From assembly GCA_000004695.1 (NCBI GenBank), contig CM000151.3, forward strand, positions 5,952,001-6,016,000: a DNA stretch of 64,000 nucleotides, given 5' to 3'. Below are positions 1 through 14,163 of the stretch, piece after piece. How positions within the stretch are numbered: position 1 is the stretch's first letter; each line of letters begins with the position of its first letter. This DNA comes from Dictyostelium discoideum (Eukaryota). The translations under genes and the position numbers were made by a program. The notes under the pieces were generated by a model. It did not search any database and had not been told where the DNA came from. It saw only the letters and a list, made by a program, of their open reading frames with translations.

Positions 1-1655
1 TTGCTCTTTTTTCAGGTAGATAATTAAGCATTGGTAAAAGGAAAGCTTCGAAATCCTTTGCTTCTTGAATTGAGAATTTATACTTTTCAGTGAGAACTGA
101 AAAGAGTGGCCATTGATCAGAGAGATCAGGGATTTTTCTAAGATCACCTTTATGAGTGAAATAAACTCTTGACTCGTCGCCACCAGCGAAAATAAATCTT
201 GGTGGTTTTCCTAATAATTCGATCATCAATGCCAAATGATCGTCACTCTTTTCAAATCCTTTTCCGGATTTTGGTTTAAATAAATGATCACCTGTTGCCA
301 ATTCGAATGCCATACAAGCGGCACTCCAAATATCGACTGGAGTACCCCATTTTGCCTTTACAATTGCCTCTGGCGCTCTATATTGACGAGTTTGAATATC
401 ATCTGTAAAATGTTTATCTGTCCAACATGCATTACCCAAATCAACCAATTGAGCTCTTGGATAATGATTCTCATTAAATAATTCATTATTTTTTTTAAAC
501 TTATAACTAATACCATTTACAAATTTAAATTCTTCTGTTCCCGTTGTTGTTGTTGTTGTTGCCGTTGCTGTTGCTGTTGTAGTTGTAGTTGTTGGTTCTT
601 CTTTTTTATTTTGTTGCTGTTCTTCTTCTTTTTTATTTTCTTCTGATGAATTTAAATCCTTATTATCTGTATTTTCTTTACTAATATTATTTATTTCATT
701 TACTGATGATTTATTATCATCTTTTTTAATGTTCTTATTTTTATTATTATCTCTATCCCTATTTGATGATTTTTTATTACCTTTATTTTTAAGTTCATCC
801 TCACTATCACTATAATCGCTATGACTATCGTCACTATCATCACTATAATCATTGATATTTTGTTGTGATTGTTGTTGTTGTGGTTGTTGTTGTTGTTGTG
901 ATTGTTTATTTGATGAAGAAGTTCTATTTTTAAAATAACCATATTTTTCACTCCAAATATAATCATTTGAAGTAAAGAAATCAAATGATTTCTCCAAGAG
1001 TACATTCTCAGGTTTTAAATCGGTATGAATGATTTTACATTTAGTGTGAATGTAATCCAATGCAATTAAGGTTTGTTTCATTAATGTTTTAACCAATGTG
1101 ATTGGCATGCCACGATAACGATGATGTTTAATTAAATCCAATAGATTGTTACCCAACAATTCGAATACCATACAATAATGACGTCCATTTGGACCACGAT
1201 GTGTAAAATGGTCCAATAAACGTGCAACACATTTATCTTGTGCATTATATTTTGAAATGGCATTCAATATCTTGATTTCATCTTCTGCTGTCTCTGAATA
1301 TGTACGTGCTGATCTAACGATTTTCAATGCAACCTGTTTATAACCAATAACATTCCCTCCATTACCATTACCATTACCGTTACTTGATGATGATGTAGTT
1401 GTTGTTGTTGTTGATGATGATGATGATGATGTCGTTATTGGTGTATCTTTATCATTACATAACCAAACTGTTGAGAAATGACCCCATCCTAATTTATCAA
1501 CAACTTGATAACGATTGCCGTAAACATCATTTCTTCTTACTGGATGATATCCACCTTGTTTATAATCTTTGGTACCTTCATCTTCATTATTATTTAATGG
1601 CATAAATGATTTATTTGATGATCCGGCATCATTATCTCTATTGTTTTCATTATTA

Positions 1656-1692
<37 letters not shown>

Positions 1693-1912
1693 TTGATGTT
1701 TGTTTCTTTTTTTTATTCTTTGAGTTTGTTGACTTTGGTGTTGTTGTTGATGTTGTTGTGCTACCGCCCAATGATGTGCCACCCAATGATGTGCCACCCA
1801 ATGATGTACCGCCTAGTGATGTACCACCAAGTGATGTACCACCAAGTGATGTGCCACCTAGTGATGTACCTCCTAATGTCGTTGATGTACTATCTTGTTG
1901 TATATCAGACAT
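1..1912 (-). CDS. SR-protein-specific kinase (SRPK) family Ser/Thr kinase. The 5' end is at ~1912 (MSDIQQDST...); the C-terminus runs past the window start, so the feature is partial.
   Basis: The reverse-strand translation is continuous. N-lobe motifs: GWGHFSTVWL, VALKIVRSA, HYCMVFELLGNNLLDLIKHHRYRGMP and IIHTDLKPENVLL. A long N/S/D-rich spacer insert follows. C-lobe motifs: DLGNACW, TRQYRAPEAIVKAKWGTPVDIWSAACMAFELATGDHLFKPKSG..DDHLALMIELLG. The split kinase domain with a spacer is diagnostic of SRPK/Sky1. The ORF is not in the track because it is not closed inside the window. Confidence 0.85.
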
Positions 1913-2029
1913 TTATTTATTGTTTTATTTATTTATTTATAAAAAAAAAATAAAATAAAAAAAATAATAATATTTAGATGTGGTTATATAGTAATAAAAA
2001 AAAAAAAAAAAAAAAAAAAATTTTCAAAT

Positions 2030-2063
<34 letters not shown>

Positions 2064-2072
2064 CGATATCCA

Positions 2073-2109
<37 letters not shown>

Positions 2110-3382
2110 AAAATTATTTTTTTCACTTTTTATCTTAATTTTATATGTATTAAACCTAAATATGCATTATTCAAAAAAATAGTCAAAACAAATAAAAATA
2201 AAAAATTATATCCTTTAAGTCCATTTAAGAAAATAAATTTTTTTTTTTTTTTCTTTTTATTTCTTTTTTTTTTTTTTTTACTTTTTTTTATTTCTGTTTA
2301 AGTGATTATTATTTATTTTATATTTTTTTTTTTTAGTCAACCCAAGTTTATAAAAAAAAAGAAAAAAAAAAATAAAAATAAAAATAAAAATTGTGGTAGA
2401 AATTCCAAGTATTGTTATTATTAATATAAACCTTAATAGCAAATTTATTTACATAAATTATTTATAGAATTGTTCATCACCATAGCTTCATTCACATCTT
2501 ACTTTTTATTAAGTAGTTTAACTTTGTTTATATACGCATAATTATTTTTTGGATTTTTTTTTTTGGTTCATAGTGGGAAAAAGTAAAATCCAAAAAATTT
2601 GGAATAAATTATTTTTTTTAATAATTATAAAAAAAAAATAATATTTGCACATGACCTTTTTTTCATCACAACTTGAGCGAAAATATCAATTTGGTGGATA
2701 TTAAAAAGTTTTATTTTGATATTTTTTTATTATGATATTTTTTATTTTTTATTTTTTATTTTCTTTTATAAAAACATTTTTTTTTTTTATTTTTATTTTT
2801 AAATTTTTTTATTATTGTTTTTTGTTTAATTTAAATGTTTACTTTAAAAGGTATAAAAATAAAAATAAAAAAATAAATGAAAAATAAAAATAAATGAAAA
2901 AAAAAAATAAAAATAAATAAAAAAAAAAAAAAATAACCGATTTTTTTCATTATCGTAAATCCCAAAAAAAAAAAAATGAAAATAAAAATCTAATTTTGAA
3001 TTTTTTACTTAAAATAATTAAAGTAATTAATTTTTGATAATAATATGGGAAAAACTTTATTTATGAATTCAAATAATAAAAAAATGAAAAAAAAAAGAAG
3101 CACCATTTGGTGTTGCCAATAATTTCTTAAAAAATTTGTGATTGTTCTTTAAAAAAAAAAAAAAAAAAACCAAAAAAAAAAATTTTAAAATTTTATTTTT
3201 TTTTTTTTTTTTTTTTTTTTTTTATTTTTATAATAAATATCATTTGACGTCAGCCAAAATATTTTTTTATTTTTTTTTTTTTTTTTTTTCGAATCAATCA
3301 CATCCTTTTTTTTTTTTCTAGCAAAAAAAAGAGAATAATCCCTCATTAATAACTATTTTTTTTTTTTTTTTCTCTAACAACG

Positions 3383-3480
3383 CAACAACAACTACAACTA
3401 CAACTACAACTACAACTACAACTACAACTACAACTACAACTACAACTACAACTACAACTGCAACTACAACAACAACAACA
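3383..3480. repeat. (ACAACT)n hexanucleotide microsatellite, ~16 units.
   Basis: A perfect caactacaactaca... tandem array is visible in the sequence. Confidence 0.9.
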
Positions 3481-4944
3481 TTTTAAATCATTAATTATGT
3501 TTTTTTTATAATAATTTAATTTAGATAAGCCTCACCAAAAAAAACACACATAAAATATATATACATATATTTTAGTATTTTAGTACAAACAACAAAAAAA
3601 AAAAAAAAACCAAAAAAGAAAAAATAAAATAATAAATACATCATCCCCCTGATTAAAATATTTACTTTGATTTTTTTTTTTTTTTCTTCCACTTAAATAT
3701 TTACTGTAATATATCACAAAAAAAAATAAAAAAAAAAAATCAGGATTATATATTTGAAGTTTAATTTAATCATGTAAGATATTTTTTTTTTTTTCTTTTT
3801 TTTTTTCTTTTAAATTTTATTTTTTTTCTTGTATTTTTTTTTTTTTTGGGTTTCCTTTTTTTAAACAAAAAAAAAATCCCAACCTCTATAAATTTTATTT
3901 TTCATCATCCAAATAAATATTAAGTAAAACCTACAAATAACAATTCAGTGATTAAAAAAAATAATAAAATAATAAAATAATAAAATAATAAAATAATAAA
4001 ATAATAATAAATAAAAAATAAAAAATAAAAAATATCTAAATAAAATCATTGAATTCACACACACACACACACACACCAACCACATAATTGAATTTTAAAA
4101 TTGTTTTACACATCACACTATTTTAATTAGATAGAGATAATTAGGTACAGTTTGATTTATATGATACATGTACCTCCTACTAATACTAATATCGCTAATC
4201 AATAACTAAAATAATAATCACACATAAGCACGGATCGTTTATATCATTTGATTAAAAAAAAAAAAAAAAAACAATTATTATTGTGGTACTTCCTTAATTT
4301 TTTTTTTTAATTTTTAATTTTTAATTTTTTTTTTTTTTTTTATTATTTTTTTATTTGTCTTGTAAAAATAATTAACAATTGTGATTGTTTTTAAAACCAA
4401 TCAAAATAAAAATTAAAATAAAAATTAAAATAAAATCAACCCCACTATCACACAAAATCTCAATTAATCAAACATTTTAAATAGAATAAAAACAAATTGC
4501 AAATAAATTTTTTTATTTTTTTATTTTTTTTTATTTTTTTTTCCTAACTCTCAATATTATCTTTCTCGGGTGTGTTTTTAATATTGTTATTAATTTCTTT
4601 TACCATTTTTTTTTAAAATAAAAAACTTATTTTTTTTATTTTTTTTTTTATTTTTTTATTTTTTAATCAAAAATAATTTATTTATTTATTCATCATCCAA
4701 AAAAAAAAAAAAAAAAACATAACCAAAATATTTATTAGTATTTGTAATAAACTATATTTTAAATATTATTGTACATTAAAAAAAAAACCAAAAATTAATA
4801 TTGTAATTTATTTATTAAAATGAACATTATTTTTTAAAAAATAAAAATAAAATTAAAAATTAAAAATAAAAAGAAAACTTCATATCTCCAACTTTCCATC
4901 CCCCTCCCTTTGTAAATAAAAATAAAAATAAAATAAAAAAAAAA

Positions 4945-7251
4945 ATGAACGAAGATTTATCAATTGAAAAAAAGTATCAATTACTTTTAGAAGAGAATCA
5001 AAGATTAAAAAATGAAATCAATGAATTAAAACAAAAATACGAACCAAAATCTAATAGGTATTCAACATCATCACCTATTGCTATATCATCACCAAATTTA
5101 TCAACTCTTATATCAACACCAACCACTTTAAATGGTAAAATCAGTTCAACAACATCAACATCAACATCACCATCACCATCACCATCATCATCATCACCAA
5201 CATCTTCACCAACATCATCTACAACCACTATTTCACCATCACCAACATCATCTTCAACATCAATTGCATTAGCATCAACATCACCATCATCGACATCAAT
5301 AGCATTAGCATCATCACCAATAAATATATCATCACCACCATCTTCACCAATTTCACATCAACCAATATCTGTATCGCATTCAAATTCATCATCAGAAGAT
5401 TTAATAGCTTCATCAAGTAATAAACATTCTAAAAAAGATCGTAGTAATAGCAATGATAAAGATAAAGATAAAGACAAAGATAAAGATAAAATCAAAGATC
5501 ATACAGACTCAAATAGTAAAGGTGATAAAGAAAAAAGAAAAACAGGTATGGGTAAAAAGTTATTTAGTAAATTATTAGATCCAACAAAGAAATCATCAGG
5601 TAGTAGTTTGAATTTATTAAGTAATTCAAATGGTGGTGGTGGTGGTGGTGGCAGTGGAAGTAAAAAAGAAACTGCTTCATCATCTTCAATTAATCATCAA
5701 GAATTAATTAATGGCACTGGTAATGAAGCAGATTTTATATATCAAGAGAAAGGATTAAGTACACCTTATTTAAATTTACCAAAATTGGAAGTTATACCAG
5801 TCAATGGTGATCGTACTAAATTATCCTATTTCTCTGGACCAGATTATCAAAGTAGTACAATACCAGTGACATCCATTGGTTCACCAATGATAAAATATCC
5901 AGCAACATACAATGACCGTTTATATTGTATTTCCACATCAACCTATCCATTCTTACCAAATACAACCGAAAGAGCAGGTGACCCAATCGCCGATAGATAC
6001 ACTTGTGCAGTTTATAATAATAGATTAATTACATGTTTAGCCGATGGTTGTAATTGGGGTCAAAAACCAAAAGAAGCAGCACAAAATGCAAGTACAGCTT
6101 TCATTGATTATGTTATCTCAAAAAATGATGATATGACCAATGTTAAAGAAGTTGGTAAAATTTTATTCAATGCTTTCGAATGTGCTCATAAATCAATCAT
6201 GTTGGGTAAAGATGAATTTTGGGAAGCTGGCACCACTACATTGTTGGGTGGGGTATTATTGGAAATTAATAAAGGCTCTGATAAATGGTCACCACAGTGG
6301 GAGTTTGTTTGTGCCTCTGTTGGTGATTGTAAAGCATATCTATTGTCACAGGGTGAAGTCACCGATATTACAGAGGGAAATAGAAGCAATTTGGACGCCA
6401 AGGATTGTGGTGGTCGTTTAGGTCCACATTTGGAACAAGGTAAACCCGATCTTAGAAATTTAAATATATTTTGTGCCTCTGTCTATGATGAAGATATCAT
6501 TATGATCGTATCCGATGGTGTACATGATAATTTAGACCCAAAACATCTTGGTAAAACTCCAAATGATATGAGTAAAGAGTTTAATTTAAATGGTGAAAAA
6601 TGGACAGATGTCGATTTCTCAAAGGCTCTAGTCGCAAAGAATGCTTTCACCGCTTCTCTCTTGGAAACTTTAGCTGCTGATTCAACAGATCCAAATGAAA
6701 TCTCAAATCGTATCCTTGAACATTGTTGGAATACTACTGTTGCTTCAAGATTTTTCATGGAAAATAATGCTGGTAAAAGACTACCAGAAGATTATTCAAA
6801 ATATCCTGGTAAAATGGATCATACAAGTATAATTTGTTTTAAAGTCGGTCATTTTGGTCCAAAAAATAATTATCCAACTGTCATTGGTGGAGGTGTTGGT
6901 AGTGGTGTTAGTGTTGGTGGTGGTAACCCAACAATTATAATCGATCCTCATAATAATACAATTAGTGGTGAACCATTTGTTCAACAAAATAATACTGGCA
7001 CCACCTCTACAAGAGCTGATTGGATTAAAGTTTCACCATCAAATAATAAATATCATAACTCATCTCTAAAGAAAACAAGTTCCGAAACAAATGTTTTCCC
7101 AAATAGTAATAATAATGGTACCATTGGTAGAGTTTCCATTTCTGCTACAAGTACTCCTGATCTTGGTTCTTTAAAAGTTAGTGATGGTTCTTGCGACAGT
7201 GGTGAAGGTAGTATTGTAAATTCTTCTGATTCAAGTCCAAGATATAAATAA
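4945..7251 (+). CDS. PP2C-like (PPM family) phosphatase-domain protein with an N-terminal coiled-coil and a long Ser/Thr/Pro-rich low-complexity region.
   Basis: 768-aa ORF. PP2C-like motifs are present in order: CLADGCNWG (DGH-GG-like), GTTTLLGG, FVCASVGDCKAYLL and IIMIVSDGVHDNLDP. The N-terminus has a heptad-like LLEENQRLKNEINELKQ segment and then S/T/P tracts. Confidence 0.65.
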   Translation: MNEDLSIEKKYQLLLEENQRLKNEINELKQKYEPKSNRYSTSSPIAISSPNLSTLISTPTTLNGKISSTTSTSTSPSPSPSSSSPTSSPTSSTTTISPSPTSSSTSIALASTSPSSTSIALASSPINISSPPSSPISHQPISVSHSNSSSEDLIASSSNKHSKKDRSNSNDKDKDKDKDKDKIKDHTDSNSKGDKEKRKTGMGKKLFSKLLDPTKKSSGSSLNLLSNSNGGGGGGGSGSKKETASSSSINHQELINGTGNEADFIYQEKGLSTPYLNLPKLEVIPVNGDRTKLSYFSGPDYQSSTIPVTSIGSPMIKYPATYNDRLYCISTSTYPFLPNTTERAGDPIADRYTCAVYNNRLITCLADGCNWGQKPKEAAQNASTAFIDYVISKNDDMTNVKEVGKILFNAFECAHKSIMLGKDEFWEAGTTTLLGGVLLEINKGSDKWSPQWEFVCASVGDCKAYLLSQGEVTDITEGNRSNLDAKDCGGRLGPHLEQGKPDLRNLNIFCASVYDEDIIMIVSDGVHDNLDPKHLGKTPNDMSKEFNLNGEKWTDVDFSKALVAKNAFTASLLETLAADSTDPNEISNRILEHCWNTTVASRFFMENNAGKRLPEDYSKYPGKMDHTSIICFKVGHFGPKNNYPTVIGGGVGSGVSVGGGNPTIIIDPHNNTISGEPFVQQNNTGTTSTRADWIKVSPSNNKYHNSSLKKTSSETNVFPNSNNNGTIGRVSISATSTPDLGSLKVSDGSCDSGEGSIVNSSDSSPRYK

Positions 7252-7304
7252 CATAATAATAATAATATAAATAACATAATAATAATAATAATTATATTTC
7301 TTTT

Positions 7305-7790
7305 TTTGAATCCATACATAATTATATACTTATATAAATTAATTCATATTTATAATGTAACACAATTAAAACTATAATTAACTAAAACATTTATTGTAGA
7401 TTTAAATATTTAAAATAAAATTAAAAAAAAAAAAAAAAAAAAAATATATGTATATTAAGTAAAATGTTTATTTTTAAAAAAAACTAGATGTGAATAAAAA
7501 TTTTAAAATATTCAATATTGAGATTTTAAAAAACATAAAATGATATTGATAAATCAACTTTTTTAAGTTGGTTTAAAATTATATTACCAAAATTTGAATT
7601 TTTTTTTTTTTTTTTTTTACAGAGATTTTTTTTTTTTTTTGATTTTGTAGATCTATTAATTTGGAATTTTTTTTTATTTCCCATAAACATGGTATCAATT
7701 AACCAAATTATTAAAGGGTTGGTTAAATTTTTATTTTTTTTGTGGATTGTATGGTGTTAAAAAATGTGAACAATAAATAAATAAATCAAT
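7305..7790. repeat. Copy 1 (~480 bp, ~80% identity between copies) of an unclassified dispersed/segmental repeat family (R).
   Basis: It shares ccatacataattatat..., atatattaagtaaaa(a)tgtttattt, ttttaagttg..., ccaaaatt(t/g)gaattttttt, gattttgtag..tatttcccataaacat..attaaagg(g/a)ttggtt..tttttgtgga.. with 7955-8130 and 12790-13280. Confidence 0.6.
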
Positions 7791-7821
<31 letters not shown>

Positions 7822-7954
7822 GAGTTTTAACTATAAATTAATGGTGAATATGAATTTACATACTTTTGAATAGTTGTTGTACTGGTGATAATGGTGATGA
7901 TGATGGTTGATGAGATTGTTGTGGTTTAAATAAACTAGAAATTTTTTTTTTTAA

Positions 7955-8130
7955 ACCATACATAATTATATGCATATATAAAATAATTCAAAATTTATAA
8001 ATTTAACAAAATTAAAACTATAATTAATTAAACATTTATTGTATATTTAAAAAAAATTAAAAAAAATAAAAGATGAAAAATAAAAATATATTAAGTAAAA
8101 ATGATTATTTATTTATTTAAAAACAGAAAT
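7955..8130. repeat. Partial copy 2 of repeat family R.
   Basis: aaaccatacataattatatgcatatataaaataattcaaaatttataaatttaacaaaattaaaactataattaattaaacatttattgtatattt...atatattaagtaaaaatgattatttatttatttaaaaa matches the 5' part of 7305-7790. Confidence 0.55.
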
Positions 8131-8149
8131 TGATGGTTTAGTTGGTGCA

Positions 8150-8345
8150 ATTGAAGAATTATCAGATACTCAAATTAGAAAGATTTAATTCAACACCATA
8201 CATTAGAAATCAAAAATCAGGTTTAACAATTAACATTTCATCTGATGAAATGGGTTTGGATAATATGTAAAATTATTCAGCATACAGTTCAACTAAACAT
8301 GCAGTCAATGCAATTACATTGGATAAATTATATTTAAAGTTATTT
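8150..8345 (+). pseudogene. Decayed fragment of a short-chain dehydrogenase/reductase (SDR) gene.
   Basis: The translation contains GLTINISSDEMG followed by SAYSSTKHAVNAITLDKL. The second piece carries the SDR catalytic YxxxK motif (YSSTK). In-frame stops interrupt the reading frame and there is no start codon. Confidence 0.45.
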
Positions 8346-8623
8346 TTAGAATGTATTGATATAGAAAATACAAATTAAATTTAAATATCTCAAATGTTTT
8401 AATCATGATGTGAAAATCTAGGTTTTTTAAGGAGCTATTTATAAAGGATGTATTTTTGTACCTGTTTATAATATTGTTTATGTGATTGGGAAATTTTAAA
8501 AATTTTTTGTCATTCCAAATTTGAGTTTTTTTTTTTTTTAAAAAATTAAATTATTTAAAAAAAAATGTGTGTGGGGTTTGATTGAATATCAATTTTTTTT
8601 TTTTAAAATTCAAACCAAAATGA

Positions 8624-9330
8624 TAGAAAGTGAAGATAAAAATAAATGTGTACTTCATCCAAATAAAAATTTAAAATTTTATGTTTGGATTGTAAATTTA
8701 TGCCATGTTGTAAACTTTGTACGTCTCATAAAGGTGAACATTATGGTCATAAAACTGATTCATTTGAATCATCCAACATCAAATATTCATTCATTAATTA
8801 ATGAATTTAAAGATAATATCTATCCAAAATTAATTGAAAGAAAAGAAAATGATCAAATATTATTAAAAGAATCAAATGAAACTTTCAAAGAAATTCAATC
8901 ACAAAATGATAATAATAATAATAATTTAAAGTTAAATAACTCAATCAATAAAAATAAATTCATTAAAAGTAAGTTATACTCAAATAAATAAGATTAATAA
9001 AAAAAATACTAATTCTTTGTTTTTAGTGTCTGATCACGATTTTTATATATATTCAGAGAATGATGAATCATCTATATTGTCCGGAGATTTTGAAAGTTTA
9101 GCATTCAAAGACAATTGTAACATCTTATCAAAGCTAACTAAATTACTAAACAAAGTTTTGCTTCTAAATGGATTCAATCAAAAATTAAACAAAGGTATAA
9201 TACCAGTGGGTTTTAAAGAGTTGTATATATCTAATATAAAACAAGTATTAATAATCGATTCAATTCCTAATACTGTAACAACTGTTGGCTTATGTGATGG
9301 ATTCAATCAAAAATTAACCGTATAATACGT
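8624..9330 (+). pseudogene. Truncated, frameshifted tandem paralog of the downstream B-box/FNIP-repeat gene.
   Basis: It is near-identical to 9788-10100 and 10690-11050 at the DNA level. A 1-bp deletion falls in the B-box region (aaaattttatg versus gaatttttatg). About 0.6 kb of the middle coding region is missing. The intron is retained (gtaagttatactcaaataaataag...ttttag). Only about two FNIP repeats remain, and the 3' flank resembles 11930-12140. Confidence 0.6.
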
Positions 9331-9787
9331 GAGAACATTAAAGAGTTGTATATATGTGATATAAAACAAGATTTGATGATTGGCTCAATGTCTATATTTA
9401 TAAAAGTTGTAAAAAATTACTTGATTCTTTCGTCCCTGTAGATGTCAAAATAGTAAACATATAAAATAAAAATCCTTGTGGACATATTTTTGAGTAAATT
9501 TTAACATTTTTTTTTATATTATTTTATAATATTTCATTTTATTTTATTTTGTTTTTTTTGTTCCAATATTGATACTAAAGGTAGTAAATAATTAATGTCA
9601 CATAAGAATTCTAAGGATATGAAGTGGTGATATTACAAAAAAGAATTTTTTTTATTTTTATTTTTATTTTTTTTTTTTAAAATTATAAGTTATCAAAATT
9701 ATACAAACTTTTTTTTGGCACCTATTTTTATTTTTATTTCTTTTTTTTTTTTTTTTTTTTTAAACTCAAAACAAAATAGCACACAAA

Positions 9788-11935
<2,148 letters not shown>

Positions 11936-12789
11936 TATAAAAGTTGTAAAAAATTAATTGATTCTTTCGTCCCTGTAAAAGTCAAAATAGTAAACATTTA
12001 AAATAAAAATCCTTGTGATGACATTTTTGACTAAATTTTAACACCTCCATAATTATTTTATTCTATTTTATAATATTTTATTTTATTTTATTTTATTTTT
12101 TTGTTCTAATATTGATATTAGAGGTAGTAAATGACTATTTTAATTTTATACAGCCGCCATCACTCAGTGTAAATTTGAGATTTTACTGCTGATTTGTAAT
12201 TCCATCTTCCCACCATTTTTTTTTCGCCAAGTAAGTAAATTTTCATTATTTGATTGTAAACTAATTATTAACTACCAAATAAAATTCGTTAAACAAAAAA
12301 AAGATTTTTTTTTTTTTTTTTTTTTTATTTTTTTTATTTTTTGGGGATATTCGTAAAAGACCAACTAATTCCAATATGGCTTCATCTATTGCAAATTTTC
12401 ATTTATTAAACTCTTTTATGAATATAAAAAATCAATTAAAAATTAATTAAAAATTTTTTTTTTAATATATTTTAAAATTATTTACTAATTTTTAATAAAT
12501 ATTAATTTCTAATAAATATTAATTAATTCTTTTTTATTAAAATTTTATTATCAGGATTATTTTTTTTAAATATTAAAATTATAAATAAATGATTATTAAA
12601 TGATTATTAAATTATTAGTATTTACTAAATAAAATTATGTTTTGAATTTTTTTTTTCAGTATAATAATGCTTCTGCTCAATATTTACCTTCATAAAAAAT
12701 TTGGTTTTAGAATTTGGAAAATGGTTTCTTCAAATGAAATATTCTATAATATTGATATTTACCAAGTATTATTAAATGATGAAAATAAA

Positions 12790-13280
12790 TAATAAAAATA
12801 AAATGAGGAAAATCTTCAAAATTATTAGAAAAAATAATAAAACTAAAATTAAATAAATAAAATCAAAAATAAAAATATATTAAGTAAAAATGTTTATTTA
12901 TTTATTTAAAAAAATGTTAAAAAAAATATTAAATCAAATATTCAATATTAAAAAATTAAAAAAAGTATTGAAATGATAATTATCAACCTACATTTTTAAG
13001 TTGTCTAAAAAATTTTTTCCAAAATTGGAATTTTTTTTTTTTTGACCTAATTTTTTAATTGGGAAATGGAGATTTTTTTTTTTTTTATGATTTTGTGGAA
13101 CTATTAAACATTCACTTTTTTTTTTTTTTTTTGATTTTGTAGGTATTTTAATTTAGAAATTTTATTTTTTTTTTTATTTCCCATAAACATTAACCAAAAT
13201 ATTAAAGGATTGGTTTGATTGTGTATTTTTTTTGTGGATGGTTTTATGTGCAAAAAGTATTTAATTAATGGGGAAAGCTT
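12790..13280. repeat. Copy 3 of repeat family R, flanking the FNIP locus on the right.
   Basis: See 7305-7790; the same ordered sequence blocks occur here. Confidence 0.6.
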
Positions 13281-13861
13281 CATTATAAAATATTTATAAA
13301 TTTTTAATAACATCATTGGTGGTCAATGTTCAGAATTGGGCTATAAACTCTGTCTAGGTTTAAACCAAGATGGGGGTGAACAATAAAAACTCATAACGGT
13401 CCTTCTTGTTTTAAGAAATTCCCATTTCGGGAAACACATTAAACGATCAACCACATTTTAAACAAAAGAAAAATTTGGAAATATTCCAAAAAAACTCAAT
13501 AAAAGTATCATTTAAAAAAAAAAAAACTTAAAAGGCACAAAGAAATTCCTTTAAGTTCTTCTCATAGGTAAAAAAACACCAAATATATATTATATTATTG
13601 TTTTTTATATTTTTTATAATTTTTTATTTTTTATTTTTTATTTTTTTTAATTATTTAAAAGGTTTATTTATTAAAAATTTTGTTTAATATAAGAAGACGG
13701 ATTTTATATAGAATTTAAATAAGAAGGATAGGTTAATGGTTTCTTATTTTGAAAGTTAATTATTAATTATTTCCGAGATTTTGGTTTATATATTTAGCAA
13801 TAATAGGGAAACTATTGATTCATCGAAAAATGAAAAAAAAATTGAAAAATAATTACAATGG

Positions 13862-13908
13862 ACGGTTGACAGGTATTTTGATCAAAGGTATTTGCTGAAA
13901 GGTCAACT
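13862..13908 (-). ncRNA. Class I ncRNA-like gene, a variant copy. The conserved motif reads CCTTTCAGCAA (one mismatch) and no DUSE box was found upstream.
   Basis: The minus-strand RNA reads 5'-AAGTTGACCTTTCAGCAAATACCTTTGATCAAAATACCTGTCAACCGT-3'. The 5' GTTGAC and 3' GTCAAC segments can pair as a terminal stem. The 11-nt motif sits directly after the 5' stem half, as in Dictyostelium Class I RNAs. Confidence 0.4.
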
Positions 13909-14043
13909 TATGTAATTTAAAAAAAAAAAAAAAAAAAGAGTTTAATATATTAATTTGTTTTGAAAATCAGTTTAAATAAAATCAGAATTATGTTTTTTTA
14001 AAATTTTTTACTTGTTTTTTAAATCTTTTAAATAAAAAATGTT

Positions 14044-14093
14044 TACAGTTGACAAGGGGTAATCTTCAAAGGTTTGCTGTAAGGCCAACTTGA
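14044..14093 (-). ncRNA. Class I ncRNA gene.
   Basis: The minus-strand RNA reads 5'-(tc)AAGTTGGCCTTACAGCAAACCTTTGAAGATTACCCCTTGTCAACTG-3'. It has an exact CCTTACAGCAA motif immediately after the 5' stem half AGTTG, and the 3' CAACT can pair with it. A DUSE-like TCCCACAA box lies ~65 nt upstream on the same strand. Confidence 0.6.
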
Positions 14094-14155
14094 TGTAATT
14101 AATATTTAAATGTTATACGAATTTTGTTTTGGAATTTTTAAAATAAAAAATAACT

Positions 14156-14163
14156 TTGTGGGA
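14156..14163 (-). promoter_or_regulatory. DUSE (Dictyostelium upstream sequence element)-like box, TCCCACAA on the minus strand.
   Basis: The plus strand reads ttgtggga, which gives (A/T)CCCA(C/T)AA on the minus strand. It sits at about -65 relative to the Class I RNA 5' end. Confidence 0.45.

Noticed and set aside
700-1958. ORFs at 700-1005(-), 1399-1605(+), 1569-1958(+), 1594-1797(-) and 1606-1953(+), all overlapping the SRPK gene.
   Set aside because: These are alternative frames or antisense of the repetitive N/S/T-encoding spacer of the kinase. The kinase frame is continuous and conserved.
1978-2301. ORFs encoding polyK/polyF/polyI peptides in AT-rich spacers (also 18924-19121, 20069-20257, 20330-20530, 26831-27019, 27382-27603, 28193-28508, 45049-45309, 47337-47567, 50077-50265, 51127-51354, 60476-60679, 61520-61777, 63698-63919).
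   Set aside because: These are translations of homopolymer A/T runs and AAT microsatellites. They have no complexity, no splice context and no conservation.
4998-7319. Antisense or off-frame ORFs inside the PP2C-like gene (4998-5228, 5228-5416, 6140-6421, 6186-6401, 6483-6758, 6796-6987, 7053-7319).
   Set aside because: They are nested within a long conserved ORF on the other strand or frame. They are low-complexity mirrors of its S/T repeats.
12360-12735. Tiny ATG-initiated ORFs (MASSIANFHLLNSFMNIKNQLKIN; MVSSNEIFYNIDIYQVLLNDENK) and a GC-rich patch ending in CCAAG|GTAAGT at ~12235.
   Set aside because: They are too short and unsupported. They could be a decayed exon of a neighbouring gene, but there is no frame continuity to anything recognisable.
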